A stretch of DNA of 64,000 bases, taken from NCBI GenBank assembly GCA_038142325.1, contig JAYQJW010000002.1:843328-907327 (forward strand), read 5' to 3'. The notes under the pieces were generated by a model. That model was not told where the DNA came from and ran no database searches. It saw only the letters and a program-made list of their open reading frames with translations. The DNA comes from Gammaproteobacteria bacterium (GTDB taxonomy: Bacteria; Pseudomonadota; Gammaproteobacteria; GCA-002705445; GCA-002716945). Position numbers and translations under genes: made by a program. The first letter of the stretch is position 1, and every line of letters begins with the position of its first letter. Positions 63,552-64,000 of this stretch are shown here, piece by piece.

Positions 63552-64000
63552 CTATAATTCACTAGTTTTTTTCCCTCGTTTCAAAGCAACCTGTGCAGGA
63601 TAGTACATTGACTCAAGTCCTTTCACAGTTGCTTTCACCACATTTATCGGATTTGTTGAACCTATACTTTTAGCTAAGACGTTATGTACACCTGTTGCTT
63701 CAAATACAGCACGCATTGCCCCACCTGCTATTACACCTGTACCTTCGCCCGCTGGTTTCATGAAAATTTTAGCTGAACCATGTTCAAAAGTAACCTCATG
63801 ATGCAGTGTTCCATTTTTAAGTGAAACAGAAACCATACTTTTTTTTGCTTTTTCCATTGCCTTTTGAATTGCTATTGGCACTTCTTTGGCTTTGCCATAT
63901 CCATATCCAACTCTCCCATGACCATCACCTACTACAGTCAATGCTGTAAAACCAAACTGTCTACCACCTTTAACGACTTTGGCAACTCGATTTACGGCAA
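63552..64000 (-). CDS. rpsE: 30S ribosomal protein S5 (5' end outside the window)
   Basis: [34 protein letters not shown]. Confidence 0.97.
   Translation of the reverse strand, partial: AVNRVAKVVKGGRQFGFTALTVVGDGHGRVGYGYGKAKEVPIAIQKAMEKAKKSMVSVSLKNGTLHHEVTFEHGSAKIFMKPAGEGTGVIAGGAMRAVFEATGVHNVLAKSIGSTNPINVVKATVKGLESMYYPAQVALKRGKKTSEL

Noticed and set aside
326-63565. Many short antisense or alternate-frame ORFs in the track (e.g. 5228-5614, 16391-16735, 21033-21428, 22607-22996, 62663-62950)
   Set aside because: They are shadows of well-supported genes and have no motifs or start signals.
1-64000. tRNA/rRNA genes, CRISPR arrays, IS elements, prophage or defence systems
   Set aside because: Intergenic gaps are short and show no cloverleaf or repeat-spacer pattern, and no ORF has integrase, transposase or defence motifs that I recognise.

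Overview
A core-genome window from a very AT-rich, densely packed bacterium. Gene order (leuS-lptE/holA-proA-nadD-rsfS-yhdP-nit-tldD, miaB-ybeZYX-lnt, ssb-MFS-uvrA-rplQ, alpha/spc ribosomal operons) points to a streamlined, probably marine gammaproteobacterium. I found no tRNA/rRNA, CRISPR array, prophage or IS element. At least a dozen genes are broken by single indels, mostly in homopolymer runs, including essential ones (nrdB, lnt, nadD), so these are most likely long-read consensus errors. Notable content: (1) an mcl-mtkA-mtkB operon (malyl-CoA lyase plus malate thiokinase, easily mis-annotated as sucCD); (2) a compact cobalamin riboswitch ahead of a fragmented btuB and a DUF6580-like membrane gene; (3) a class Ia nrdAB operon with tandem NrdR boxes and a DnaA box, containing an unannotated 42-aa membrane microprotein ORF coupled to nrdA; (4) an alphaproteobacterial-style phoR-pstSCAB-phoU-phoB block with Pho boxes, followed by a 122-aa secreted beta-strand protein with only about six strands; (5) a 371-aa protein with two degenerate methyltransferase-like units overlapping an alanine/glycine symporter gene; (6) a rubrerythrin/Fe-S oxidoreductase/DUF3501 operon with an Irr-like regulator and a perfect ICE box, lying in a block that splits lptE from holA. 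All family assignments come from motif recognition by eye, not from database searches.
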